This document shows positions 29,522 through 38,707 of a DNA stretch of 64,000 bases, one piece after another. Under the pieces are notes generated by a model, which ran no database searches, was not told the origin of the DNA, and saw nothing but the letters and a program-made list of their open reading frames with translations. Numbering within the stretch: position 1 is the first letter of the stretch; every line of letters begins with the position of its first letter. A program made the position numbers and the translations under genes. Location of the stretch: contig CBDBZY010000005.1 of NCBI GenBank assembly GCA_965213685.1, forward strand, positions 27,904-91,903, in the 5' to 3' direction. The stretch is from a bacterium (GTDB lineage Bacteria; UBA8248).

Positions 29522-30712
29522 ATGAACGTCAACGGCAACGTCCTCATCATCGCGTCGAGCCACGCGGTGAACTCCGTCTACAACCGGATGCTGACGCCCA
29601 TCCTTCCGCTCATCATGGCCGACTTCGGCTTGGGCTACGCGCAGACGGGACTCATCGCCTCCGTCTACGCCCTCTCGAACAGCCTGTTCCAGCTGCCCAT
29701 CTCCTTTCTGGGCGATTTCACCGGAAAAACCCGCCTCATCCTGGGACTCTCCCTGTTCTCCAGCGCCCTGCCCGCTTATTTCTACGGCTATTCGGCCACA
29801 TACGCCGCCCTGCTCGCCCTCGTCTTCCTCAGCGGCCTCGGCGGTTCGGCGTATCACCCCTCGGCGGTGTCGATGATCGCCCGGGAGAGTCCCGGGCACC
29901 GCGGCCTCGCCATGGGACTCTTCAAGGCGGGGGGAGATTTCGGCAGCATCCTGACGCCGGCGGCCATGAGCTGGCTCACCGTCCACCTTGCGAGCTGGCG
30001 CGCCGCATCGCAGTATTTCGTGTTGCCGGGCGTCGCCTGCGCCCTCCTCATCTGGCTGCGGTTCCAGGATGTGCCCGGCGAACGGGCGCCGATGGCGAGG
30101 GCGGCAAAATCCACGCTCGGCGCACTGCTGGGCGACAGGCTCCTGGTGCGGATGACCCTGCTCTCCTCCTGCCGGGTGATGGGCCTGCGGGGCATCATGA
30201 CGTTCCTGCCGCTGCTGCTGGCCCAGGGGCTGGGGTTGGGCACCATCGCGGTCGGCTGGACGCTCACCGGCTATTTCCTCGTCGGCACGGCCTGCGCCAT
30301 CCTCTGGGGAAAATACGCGAACGGGAAGAACGAGACGCGCTTCATCCTCCTCATGATGGCGACGAGCGCACTCTCCCTCGCGTTCCTGTCGCGCGCCGAA
30401 TCCTTCGTCGTCTTCCTGGGCCTTCTGGGGTTGCTGGGCGCGAGCCTGAATCCCTCCCAAAGCCTCATGCTGACGATCACCACCGGGGCGATCCCGGAGA
30501 AAAACCGCACGAGCGCCATCGGCCTCATGTACACGGCGAACGAGGCGGCGTCCGTCGCGTCGCCCTTCCTGGGGGGACTCATCGCCCAGGCGGCGGGACT
30601 GCGGGAATCGTTCCTCTTCTACTCCCTCCTCTGCCTGGTCGCCACCGGACTCGCCTGGCGCATCCACGCCGAGCAAAAAAGGCGCGCGCGGGCGGCGGGC
30701 GCCGCTCCCTAG
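29522..30712 (+). CDS. MFS transporter (FSR-like)
   Basis: Hydrophobic ~12-TM pattern; SHAVNS, GLGGSAYHP. ATG 29522 lies within ORF 28343..30712. Confidence 0.88.
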   Translation: MNVNGNVLIIASSHAVNSVYNRMLTPILPLIMADFGLGYAQTGLIASVYALSNSLFQLPISFLGDFTGKTRLILGLSLFSSALPAYFYGYSATYAALLALVFLSGLGGSAYHPSAVSMIARESPGHRGLAMGLFKAGGDFGSILTPAAMSWLTVHLASWRAASQYFVLPGVACALLIWLRFQDVPGERAPMARAAKSTLGALLGDRLLVRMTLLSSCRVMGLRGIMTFLPLLLAQGLGLGTIAVGWTLTGYFLVGTACAILWGKYANGKNETRFILLMMATSALSLAFLSRAESFVVFLGLLGLLGASLNPSQSLMLTITTGAIPEKNRTSAIGLMYTANEAASVASPFLGGLIAQAAGLRESFLFYSLLCLVATGLAWRIHAEQKRRARAAGAAP

Positions 30713-30850
30713 AGGCGTCTCCGCACGAGGGCGGGGATTCTTTACACGCGCGCACCGGCGGCATATACTGGGAGGAACATCGAGAAATCCTTTTCCGCCG
30801 GGCTGGACAGCCCGCAGATCTGAAACCGGACAAGAGAAGGAGTTCGCGGG

Positions 30851-31759
30851 ATGACCACGAAAAACGCACTCGACAACTTGCAGGTGTTGCCGACGGGAAG
30901 CGCCCTGGGCGCCGAGGTCCGGGGGGTCGATTTCGCCCGGCCCGTGCCCGGGGAGGTGGCCGACGCCCTGCGCGCCGCCTGGACAGAACACCTCGTCCTG
31001 CTGTTTCGGGATCAGGAGCTGACCGAGGAGCAACACCTCGACGCCACGCGCATCTTCGGCGAGGCCCAGGTGGGCGCCGCCAAGGCTTACTACGACAAGG
31101 CGGGGAAGAAGCAGGCCTGGGCCGCCAGGCACCCGGAAATCACCGTCATCCACAACCTGGACGAAAACGGGAATCCCGTGCAGGCAAACGAAAGCCTGGG
31201 GAGCGGCGAGGTCGTCTGGCACAGCGACAACTCCTACGTCGAGAAACCGCCCGCCGGCAGCATGCTCTACGGCCGGACGCTGCCCCCCTCGGGCGGCGAC
31301 ACCTGCTTCAGCAACCAGTACGTCGCCTACGAGACCCTGCCCGAGGAGGTGAAGGCGAGAATCGAGGACAAAACCGCCGTCCACGACTCGAGCAGAAACT
31401 CCGCGGGCACGCTCCGGCCCGGCGTCCGGATGCCGACGAAGCCCTCCGAGGTGCCGGGGCCGCACCACCCCCTCGTGCGCACGCACCCCGCCTCCGGGAG
31501 GCGGGCACTCTACCTGGGCCGCAGGCGGGATTATCCCTCGCAGTACATCGACGGCCTCCGGGAGGAGGAGAGCGAGGAGCTCCTCGATTTCCTGTGGGCA
31601 CACGCCTGCCGCCCCGAACTGGTGTGGGCGCACCGGTGGCGGCCCGGAGACGTCCTCCTCTGGGACAACCGCTGCACCATGCACTACCGCGAACCCCACG
31701 CGGGCACGCACCCGCGCGTCATGCACCGCACCCAGATACAGGGCGACCAGCCGGTATGA
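30851..31759 (+). CDS. TauD/TfdA-family Fe(II)/2-oxoglutarate dioxygenase
   Basis: LGAEVRGVD, WHSD, GGDTCF, HPLVRTHP, WDNRCTMH. Confidence 0.93.
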   Translation: MTTKNALDNLQVLPTGSALGAEVRGVDFARPVPGEVADALRAAWTEHLVLLFRDQELTEEQHLDATRIFGEAQVGAAKAYYDKAGKKQAWAARHPEITVIHNLDENGNPVQANESLGSGEVVWHSDNSYVEKPPAGSMLYGRTLPPSGGDTCFSNQYVAYETLPEEVKARIEDKTAVHDSSRNSAGTLRPGVRMPTKPSEVPGPHHPLVRTHPASGRRALYLGRRRDYPSQYIDGLREEESEELLDFLWAHACRPELVWAHRWRPGDVLLWDNRCTMHYREPHAGTHPRVMHRTQIQGDQPV

Positions 31760-31967
31760 CCCTCCGGCGAGGCCGCAGGCGAAAAGCGTCCCGCTCCTTC
31801 CGGCATGCGGGGCAAACCGCCGGGGTTCGGGCCCGGATTCTCTTTTCAGGCCGTATGGAGTTTGATACCCTGATCTCATCCAATGGACATGGATTGCCGG
31901 GGGGCGGGCCGGTGGCCGGGTGCGCTCCGTCCCGCTCCGCGAACCCCCTTGGCGAAGGAAACGCCTC

Positions 31968-33203
31968 ATGTATCTGAACGCAGAGCGCGCGCGCGGGCTG
32001 ATGAAGGATTTCGGCTTCGACGCCGTCATCGCCAGCACGCCCGAGAACGTCACCTATCTGGCGGGCACCGTGGGCTGGTCGAACAAGGTCTACGCCTACT
32101 CCGTGCACATGTTCGCCGTCTTCGCCCGCGACGAGGGGGTGGCACCCGCCCTCGTCGTGCCGGGCCAGGAGGTCACCTACGTCTCGGCCCAGCAGCCCTG
32201 GATAGAGGACCTCTACACCTTCGGCGGCAAGAGCGCGCTCATACAGCCGCCGGGGGAGGCGCCCCGCACGCCCGAGGAGGAAACCTACCTCGGCTTGTAC
32301 AACAACGACGCGAGGCGCGGTGCCAACCCGGGACAGGCCCTCGGCATGGCCATCAAGGAGCGCGGGCTGGAGAAGGGCAGGCTCGCACTCGACCAGGAGC
32401 GCGTCACCCCCCTCGTGCGCGCGCAGATAGAGGCGGCCCTGCCCGAAGCCGAGATCGTGGAGGCCGCGGATTTCCTCCGCCTCATCCGGATGGTGAAGAC
32501 GCCGGACGAGATCGCCGCCCTCGCCGCGGCCGCCCGCGTGAACGAGAAGGCGGGCATCGCGGCCTCGAACGCGGTGGCCGAGGGGGCGACCGAGTGCGAG
32601 GTGGCCTCCGTCTTCGCGGCGGAGGTGGGGCGCATGGGCGGCAAGTGGCAGTGGTTCCACTTCTGCTCGGGACGCCGCGCGACGGGCATATTTCCGCCCA
32701 CGGACAAGAAGATCGCCAAAGGCGAGATGTGGAAGTTCGACGCGGGCGTCGTTCTGGAGAACTACCAGGGAGACACCGGCTGGGGGGGCGTCCTGGGCGA
32801 GCCCACCCGGGCGCAGCGCGACCTGTGGAAGGCGACCGAGGCGGGCTTCGAGGCCGCACTCGCGCAAGTGCGCGCGGGCGCGCGCGGCTCCACCATCTAC
32901 AGAACCATGCTCGAGGCCACGCGCGCGGCGGGGCTGCCCGCACACAACGGGAACTTCGCCGGCCACGCCATCGGCCTGGAGCAGCGCGAGGTGCCCTACG
33001 TGCTCTCGGACCCGGCGCCTCAGGGCAGCCCCTTCCTGCCGGAATCGAGCGACTTCCCGCTCGAGGCGGGCACGACGCTCTGCATCGAGAATCCCTGCCA
33101 GATATTCGGCATGGGGGGAACCCAGATAGAGAAAACCATCGTCGTCACCGAAACCGGCTACGAGTTCATCTACCCGCAGGAGAGGAAGCTCTGGATCGCC
33201 TGA
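31968..33203 (+). CDS. M24 (Xaa-Pro peptidase/creatinase-like) hydrolase
   Basis: RMVKTPDEI, FDAG...YQGD, GHAIGLE, IENP, IEKT. Confidence 0.88.
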   Translation: MYLNAERARGLMKDFGFDAVIASTPENVTYLAGTVGWSNKVYAYSVHMFAVFARDEGVAPALVVPGQEVTYVSAQQPWIEDLYTFGGKSALIQPPGEAPRTPEEETYLGLYNNDARRGANPGQALGMAIKERGLEKGRLALDQERVTPLVRAQIEAALPEAEIVEAADFLRLIRMVKTPDEIAALAAAARVNEKAGIAASNAVAEGATECEVASVFAAEVGRMGGKWQWFHFCSGRRATGIFPPTDKKIAKGEMWKFDAGVVLENYQGDTGWGGVLGEPTRAQRDLWKATEAGFEAALAQVRAGARGSTIYRTMLEATRAAGLPAHNGNFAGHAIGLEQREVPYVLSDPAPQGSPFLPESSDFPLEAGTTLCIENPCQIFGMGGTQIEKTIVVTETGYEFIYPQERKLWIA

Positions 33204-33251
33204 TGAAGTCGCGCGGCCGGACGATTTCCCCCCCTGCCTGAGGAATTTCGC

Positions 33252-34019
33252 ATGTGCGCGAGGAGATTCATCGATTTAAGCACCCCCATCATGAACGGCT
33301 CGAACGAACCCCGCCCGCCCGAGGTCACCTACCTCGACCACGAGGAGTTCGGCGCACGCTCCGCCAGGGGCTGGGGCATCCCGATGGAGGCGCTGCACGA
33401 CGGCGTGGGCGGGGCGGCGGAGTTCGTCACCATCTCCACCCACTCGGCCACCCACATGGACGCCCCCTGGCACTACGGCCCCACCGTGGCGGGTGTGCCG
33501 GCGCGAAAAATAGACGAGGTGCCCCTCGAGTGGTGCTACGGGGACGGCGTCGTGCTCGACCTGCGGCACAAGAAAACGGGCGAGTGGATCACCGAGGAGG
33601 ACGTCCGGGCGTGTCTCGCCAACATCGACTACGAGGTCAAGGCGGGCGACATCGTCCTCCTGTGGACGGGCACCGACGCGCACCGGGACAGCCCCGACTA
33701 CCCGGAACTCCACCCGGGCATGAGCATTCCGGCGACGGAGTATCTCCTGGATCGCGGCGTGCGCGTCATCGCCATCGACGCGTTCGGCTTCGACAGGCCC
33801 TTCAGCTTCCAGGTGCCCGAGTTCAAGGCGGGCAGGCGCGAGTCGCTGATGCCCTGCCACCACATCCTGGGCAGGAGGCGCGAGTATTTTCAAATCGAGC
33901 AGATCGCCAACATCGGCGCCATACCCCGTCCCCACGGCTTCCAGGTTTGCTGCTTTCCCGTCAACGTGAAGGACGCGAGCGGTGCGTGGGTGCGTCCGGT
34001 TGCGATAGTGGAGGATTGA
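33252..34019 (+). CDS. Cyclase-family metal hydrolase (kynurenine-formamidase-like)
   Basis: HSATHMDAPWH, GDIVLLWTG, ASGAWVRPVA. Confidence 0.9.
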   Translation: MCARRFIDLSTPIMNGSNEPRPPEVTYLDHEEFGARSARGWGIPMEALHDGVGGAAEFVTISTHSATHMDAPWHYGPTVAGVPARKIDEVPLEWCYGDGVVLDLRHKKTGEWITEEDVRACLANIDYEVKAGDIVLLWTGTDAHRDSPDYPELHPGMSIPATEYLLDRGVRVIAIDAFGFDRPFSFQVPEFKAGRRESLMPCHHILGRRREYFQIEQIANIGAIPRPHGFQVCCFPVNVKDASGAWVRPVAIVED

Positions 34020-34068
34020 ACCGAGGCGTTTTCGCGGAATCGAAACCACTGACAGGAGGAGTCCTCTC

Positions 34069-35211
34069 ATGAAACAGTTCCGACGCATTGCCCCCGTCAT
34101 CGCCCTCGCCGCATGCATCGCCCTCGCCGCTCCGGGAGCGTCGCCCGCGGCCCCCCAAAAACTCCAGAACATCAAGGTGACGATGGCCAACCCGCTGTTC
34201 AACCCGGGCATCTCCTTTCTGTGGATCGGGAATTTCCTGGGCTACTATCAGGAAAACGGCGTGGACGCGCAGTTCGTCGCCGCCCAGGGCGGTGCCCAGG
34301 CGATGGGCTGGGTGCTCTCCGGCCGCACCCACGTCGGCCTGCCGCGGCCCATCCCCATCCTCTTCCGCGCCGCGCGCGGAAAGAAGATGCCCCCCGTCAA
34401 GGGCGTCTACATCCTGAACCGCGACGCCATCTACGCCGATGGCGTGGCCGTGCCGCCGGGCAGCGCGATCAAATCCGTCTGCGACCTGCAGGGCAAGAAG
34501 GTGGGCGTCATGAGCCAGCGCGACTCAGGGCCCATTTTCGTGCGAAAGGCACTGGAGACTTGCGGCGTCCCCGCCAAGGATCAGAGGGTCACCTACCTTC
34601 CGGTCGGGCCGGTCTCGAAAGCGGCCACCGCCATGAAGCTCGGCCGCGTGGACGCCTGGGCGAACGTGGACATCCAGTACACCCTGGCGCGCGCGCGGGG
34701 ATTCCAGTTCGACATCATCCCCTATCAAAAGGAGTGGACCCGGAACCTGTTCGGCAACGTGGTCTGGATCAACAAGAAATACCTGGCGAACAACCGGGAA
34801 ACCGTGGTGGGCTTCCTGCGCGGCCTGGCGAAGGGCAGCCTCTTCTTCTACACGAACCCCGCCGCGGCACTCCAGGTGCACTGGGTGCTCTACCCCGAGT
34901 CGAAACCCAAGGGCATGAGCGACAAGGAGGCCACCGCCCTGATGCTCCAGGTGCTCCAGGCGCGCGCGCCGAAGCTGCGCCTCGACGATGAGAAAATCCA
35001 GAAATTCGGCGCCCACCACGACGGCGAGTGGAAGGAGTACGTGAAATTCGTGGGCCTCGACAAGACACTGAGCGACGCGCAGGTGAAATCCCTCTACACG
35101 AACGATCTGATCGACGAGGTCAACAATTTCGACCGCAACGCGGTCATCCAGCGGGCCAGGAACTTCGACTTCGCCAAGGAGCTCCGGCGCTTCCGGGCCA
35201 CGCAGAAATGA
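34069..35211 (+). CDS. ABC transporter substrate-binding protein (NitT/TauT/SsuA type)
   Basis: Signal peptide, GYYQENGVD, DLQGKKVGV; followed by permease and ATPase genes. Confidence 0.88.
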   Translation: MKQFRRIAPVIALAACIALAAPGASPAAPQKLQNIKVTMANPLFNPGISFLWIGNFLGYYQENGVDAQFVAAQGGAQAMGWVLSGRTHVGLPRPIPILFRAARGKKMPPVKGVYILNRDAIYADGVAVPPGSAIKSVCDLQGKKVGVMSQRDSGPIFVRKALETCGVPAKDQRVTYLPVGPVSKAATAMKLGRVDAWANVDIQYTLARARGFQFDIIPYQKEWTRNLFGNVVWINKKYLANNRETVVGFLRGLAKGSLFFYTNPAAALQVHWVLYPESKPKGMSDKEATALMLQVLQARAPKLRLDDEKIQKFGAHHDGEWKEYVKFVGLDKTLSDAQVKSLYTNDLIDEVNNFDRNAVIQRARNFDFAKELRRFRATQK

Positions 35212-35224
35212 TGCGGGAAACGGC

Positions 35225-36130
35225 ATGAAGACCGCCGGCCAAAGGAGGGAGCCGCCCAGGAGCGTGGAGGCGCTGCTGCTGGACAGACCCTACCTGCTGT
35301 TCGCCATCTCCTTCGTGGTGCTGCTCATCGTCTGGGAGTGGGCGGTGCGCTACTTCGAGGTGGACGACTTCATCTTCCCCGCCCCCTCTGGGGTGGCGAC
35401 GGCGCTTCTGCGCGGCCTGTTCTTCTACGATGCGGGCGGCGGCGTCGGCTCCGCCGCCGACTTCATGGGGCTGATGAAAACCAGCTTCTACAACCACATC
35501 AGCCACACCCTGTTCGAGGCCGTCATGGGCTTTTTCATGGGCAGCCTCATAGGCCTGGGGCTGGGGCTGGCGTTCATGCAGTCGAGATGGGTCGAGGCGA
35601 TCATCATGCCCTACGTGGTGGCGTTTCAGACGCTGCCCAAGCTCGCCATCGCGCCCCTGTTCATCATCTGGTTCGGCTACGAGGTGAAGTCCAAAATCTT
35701 TCTGGCCGGCCTCGTGGCGTTCTTCCCGCTCCTGGTGAACACCATGGTGGGGCTGAAGTCCGCCGCGACGGACCAGATCGACCTGATGCGCTCGCTCTCC
35801 GCCTCCCGCTGGCAGATGTTCTGGAAGATGCAGTTTCCCAACGCCCTGCCCTTCATCTTCGCCGGCTTCGAGATCGCGGTCGTCTTCAGCCTCCTGGGCG
35901 CCATCTTGGGCGAGTTCGTCGGCGCGGGGCAGTGCATGTGGGGCGGGCGCGGCCAGTGCGGCCTGGGGATTCTGCTCATGCAGATGAGCTTCAGCAGCGA
36001 CACCACGGGCACGTTCGCCATTCTGGTCATCCTCTCGATCATGGGCCTCGGGATGCACCAGATCGTGCGCTTCGTGAAGAAAAAGGTGCTCTTCTGGGCG
36101 CCCGAGACGGACAAGACGATGGGCGCCTAG
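35225..36130 (+). CDS. ABC permease (NitT/TauT)
   Basis: PKLAIAPLFIIWFG, PNALPFIFAG, GAILGEF. Confidence 0.9.
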   Translation: MKTAGQRREPPRSVEALLLDRPYLLFAISFVVLLIVWEWAVRYFEVDDFIFPAPSGVATALLRGLFFYDAGGGVGSAADFMGLMKTSFYNHISHTLFEAVMGFFMGSLIGLGLGLAFMQSRWVEAIIMPYVVAFQTLPKLAIAPLFIIWFGYEVKSKIFLAGLVAFFPLLVNTMVGLKSAATDQIDLMRSLSASRWQMFWKMQFPNALPFIFAGFEIAVVFSLLGAILGEFVGAGQCMWGGRGQCGLGILLMQMSFSSDTTGTFAILVILSIMGLGMHQIVRFVKKKVLFWAPETDKTMGA

Positions 36131-36189
36131 CAAAAGCGGCCCATTTGCGAGGCGGGCGCCTTGCGAGGCGGGCGCGGATTCGGGGAAAC

Positions 36190-36963
36190 ATGAGCGCATA
36201 CATTGCGGTAGCGCATCTGGAGAAAGAATACGTCACGGCGAGCCGGGAGGTCGTGCACGCGCTCACCGACATCAACTTCGAGATTGACGAGGGCGAGTTC
36301 GTCTCCGTCGTCGGCCCGAGCGGCTGCGGGAAGAGCACCCTCCTGAAAATCCTGGGCGGCCTGCTCTCCAAGACGTCCGGTGCCTGCTCGCTCAAGAACA
36401 CGCCCATCGACGGCCCCCGCAACGACGTGGGGATCGTCTTTCAGGACCCCGTGCTGCTCCTGTGGCGCAACGTGCTCCAGAACACCATGCTGCCCGCGGA
36501 AATTCTGGGCCTGGACGCGAAAAAGACCCTCCCGCGCGCCCGTGCGCTCATCCGGCTCGTGGGCCTGGAGGGCTTCGAGGACAAATACCCCCACGAGCTC
36601 TCCGGCGGGATGCGCCAGAGGAACGCCATCATCCGCGCACTCATTCACGACCCGAGCGTGCTGCTGATGGACGAGCCCTTCGGCGCACTCGACGCCATGA
36701 CGCGGGAGCAGATGAACCTCGAGCTGCAACGCATCTGGCTGGAGAGCAAAAAGACCGTATTCTTCATCACCCACTCGATTCCGGAGGCGGTCTTCCTCGG
36801 CGACCGCGTGATCGTCATGACGCCGCGCCCGGGCCGCATCTCCGAGATCATCTCCGTCGACATCCCCCGACCGCGCTCGCTCTCCACCATGGGCGACGAC
36901 ATGTTCGTGGCGCTCACCCAGGGAATCCGGAACCTGCTCTACGTGGAAGGTTCCCTCGACTAG
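36190..36963 (+). CDS. ABC ATP-binding protein (NitT/TauT)
   Basis: GPSGCGKST, LSGGMRQR, LLMDEPFGALD. Confidence 0.93.
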   Translation: MSAYIAVAHLEKEYVTASREVVHALTDINFEIDEGEFVSVVGPSGCGKSTLLKILGGLLSKTSGACSLKNTPIDGPRNDVGIVFQDPVLLLWRNVLQNTMLPAEILGLDAKKTLPRARALIRLVGLEGFEDKYPHELSGGMRQRNAIIRALIHDPSVLLMDEPFGALDAMTREQMNLELQRIWLESKKTVFFITHSIPEAVFLGDRVIVMTPRPGRISEIISVDIPRPRSLSTMGDDMFVALTQGIRNLLYVEGSLD

Positions 36964-37003
36964 TCCGGGTGCCGCCGGCACATTCCGAGAGGAGCGTGAA
37001 GAT

Positions 37004-37810
37004 ATGGAGAAGCTCATCATCACCAACTGCGCGGCCGACAGCAGGAAGCATCCGGGCGTCCCCAAGCGGCTGCAAACGCCCGAGGCCGTCGCCAGGGAGG
37101 TCCGGCAAAGCTACGAGGCGGGGGCGGCCATCGCCCACATCCACGGCATCCCGATGCGGCTCGAAAGCTGGGAGCCGCTGACCCGGGCGGTGCGCGAGGC
37201 CTGCCCCGAGATGCTGATCCAGTTCGGGATCGCCGCGATGGGCCTGCCGGGCCGGCGCAAGATCATCCACCTGCGGCCCGACATGGCCTCCATCGCCCTG
37301 GGGTCGCACGATTTCGCCTTCGTCGACGCCGACCTGCTCGTCGAGCACTCCCGGCAGGAGATAGAGGACCAGGTGCGCCTGTTCAACGACCACGGGGTGA
37401 AGCCCGAGTTCGAGTGCTTCAATCTGGGGCACCTGTGGAACCTCGAGTGGCTGCTCGACAAGGGGCTGGTGGCGGACCCCGTCGTCATCACGATATTCTT
37501 CGGCTGGCCGGGCGGCTTCTACGCCCCCGCCACGCTGCGGGAGCTCCTCCACCGCATCGACCATCTGCCGGAGGGCTGCGTCTTCTCCTGCAGTGCGGCG
37601 GGCGCCACCTCGAACGCACTCCAGACCGTCACCATCATCCAGGGCGGCCACGTGCGCGTGGGCACGGAGGATGAGCCCTATTACGCCGAGGGCGTCCTCT
37701 GCGAGAACAACGCGCAGCTCGTCGCGCGCATCGCGCGCATCGGACGCGAGCTCGGGCGCGACCCGGCCACGGTGGAGGAGGCCAGAAAGATGCTGGGCGT
37801 CGTCGGGTAG
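37004..37810 (+). CDS. Beta-keto acid cleavage enzyme (BKACE/DUF849), paralog 1
   Basis: AGAAIAHIH, GVKPEFECF, GGHVRVGTED, NAQLVAR. Confidence 0.88.
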   Translation: MEKLIITNCAADSRKHPGVPKRLQTPEAVAREVRQSYEAGAAIAHIHGIPMRLESWEPLTRAVREACPEMLIQFGIAAMGLPGRRKIIHLRPDMASIALGSHDFAFVDADLLVEHSRQEIEDQVRLFNDHGVKPEFECFNLGHLWNLEWLLDKGLVADPVVITIFFGWPGGFYAPATLRELLHRIDHLPEGCVFSCSAAGATSNALQTVTIIQGGHVRVGTEDEPYYAEGVLCENNAQLVARIARIGRELGRDPATVEEARKMLGVVG

Positions 37811-37857
37811 CCCCTCCCTCCCCCCTCTTCAAGACCCGGCGTCGGGAGGAGCGGTTC

Positions 37858-38655
37858 ATGGAGAAGCTGATGATCGTCAACTGCGCGGCGGACACCTCGA
37901 TGCACGAGGGAGTGGCGCCGCGCTTCGCCGATTCGGACGTCCTCGCGGAATCCGTGGAGGAGGCGCACCGCGCGGGGGCGTGCGTCGCCCACATCCACGC
38001 GCCCCCGGCCGACTACGCGGCCTGGGAGTCCCACTCCCGCGCCATCCGCGACAGGTGCGGCGTCCTGCTCCAGTACGGCATCTCCACCCAGACGGTCGCC
38101 CAGCGCAAGGAGGTGGTGAAGAACCGCCCCGAGATGATCTCCGTCGCCGTGGGCGCGCACAACATGGCCTTCGTCTCGCGCGACGTGATGATGCTCCACC
38201 CCCGCGAGGAGCTCGCCGAGATGATGCGGCTGTGCCGGGACAACGGCGTCAAGCCCGAGTTCGAGGTCTTCGCCCTGGGCGAGACCTGGATGATCGACGA
38301 TTTGCTGCAAAAGGGGCTCGTGGAGCCGCCCATCCTCATGACGTGCTTCTTCGGGCGTCCGGGCGGGGCGTGGTCGCCCCCCTCGATGGGCGAGTTCCTC
38401 CACCGCGTCTCGAACCTGCCGGAGGGTTCGATATACATCGCCAGCGCCACCGGCCCGACGCACGTCCACATGCAGACGATGGCGGTGATGGCGGGCGGCC
38501 ACGCCCGCGTGGGCACGGAGGACGAGCCCTATCTCCGCCCCGGCCAGCTGGGCGACAACCGCGAGCACGTGGCGCGCATCGCGCGGATCGCGGGCGAGCT
38601 GGGCCGGGAGGTCGCCGGCGTCGCGGAGGCGCGCCGCATCATCGGGATTTCGTGA
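37858..38655 (+). CDS. BKACE/DUF849, paralog 2
   Basis: AGACVAHIH, GVKPEFEVF, GGHARVGTED. Confidence 0.88.
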   Translation: MEKLMIVNCAADTSMHEGVAPRFADSDVLAESVEEAHRAGACVAHIHAPPADYAAWESHSRAIRDRCGVLLQYGISTQTVAQRKEVVKNRPEMISVAVGAHNMAFVSRDVMMLHPREELAEMMRLCRDNGVKPEFEVFALGETWMIDDLLQKGLVEPPILMTCFFGRPGGAWSPPSMGEFLHRVSNLPEGSIYIASATGPTHVHMQTMAVMAGGHARVGTEDEPYLRPGQLGDNREHVARIARIAGELGREVAGVAEARRIIGIS

Positions 38656-38707
38656 TTCCGGTGACGCTTCATCCATCCGCCATTCACCCTTTCGGGGAGC
38701 GCAAGAC

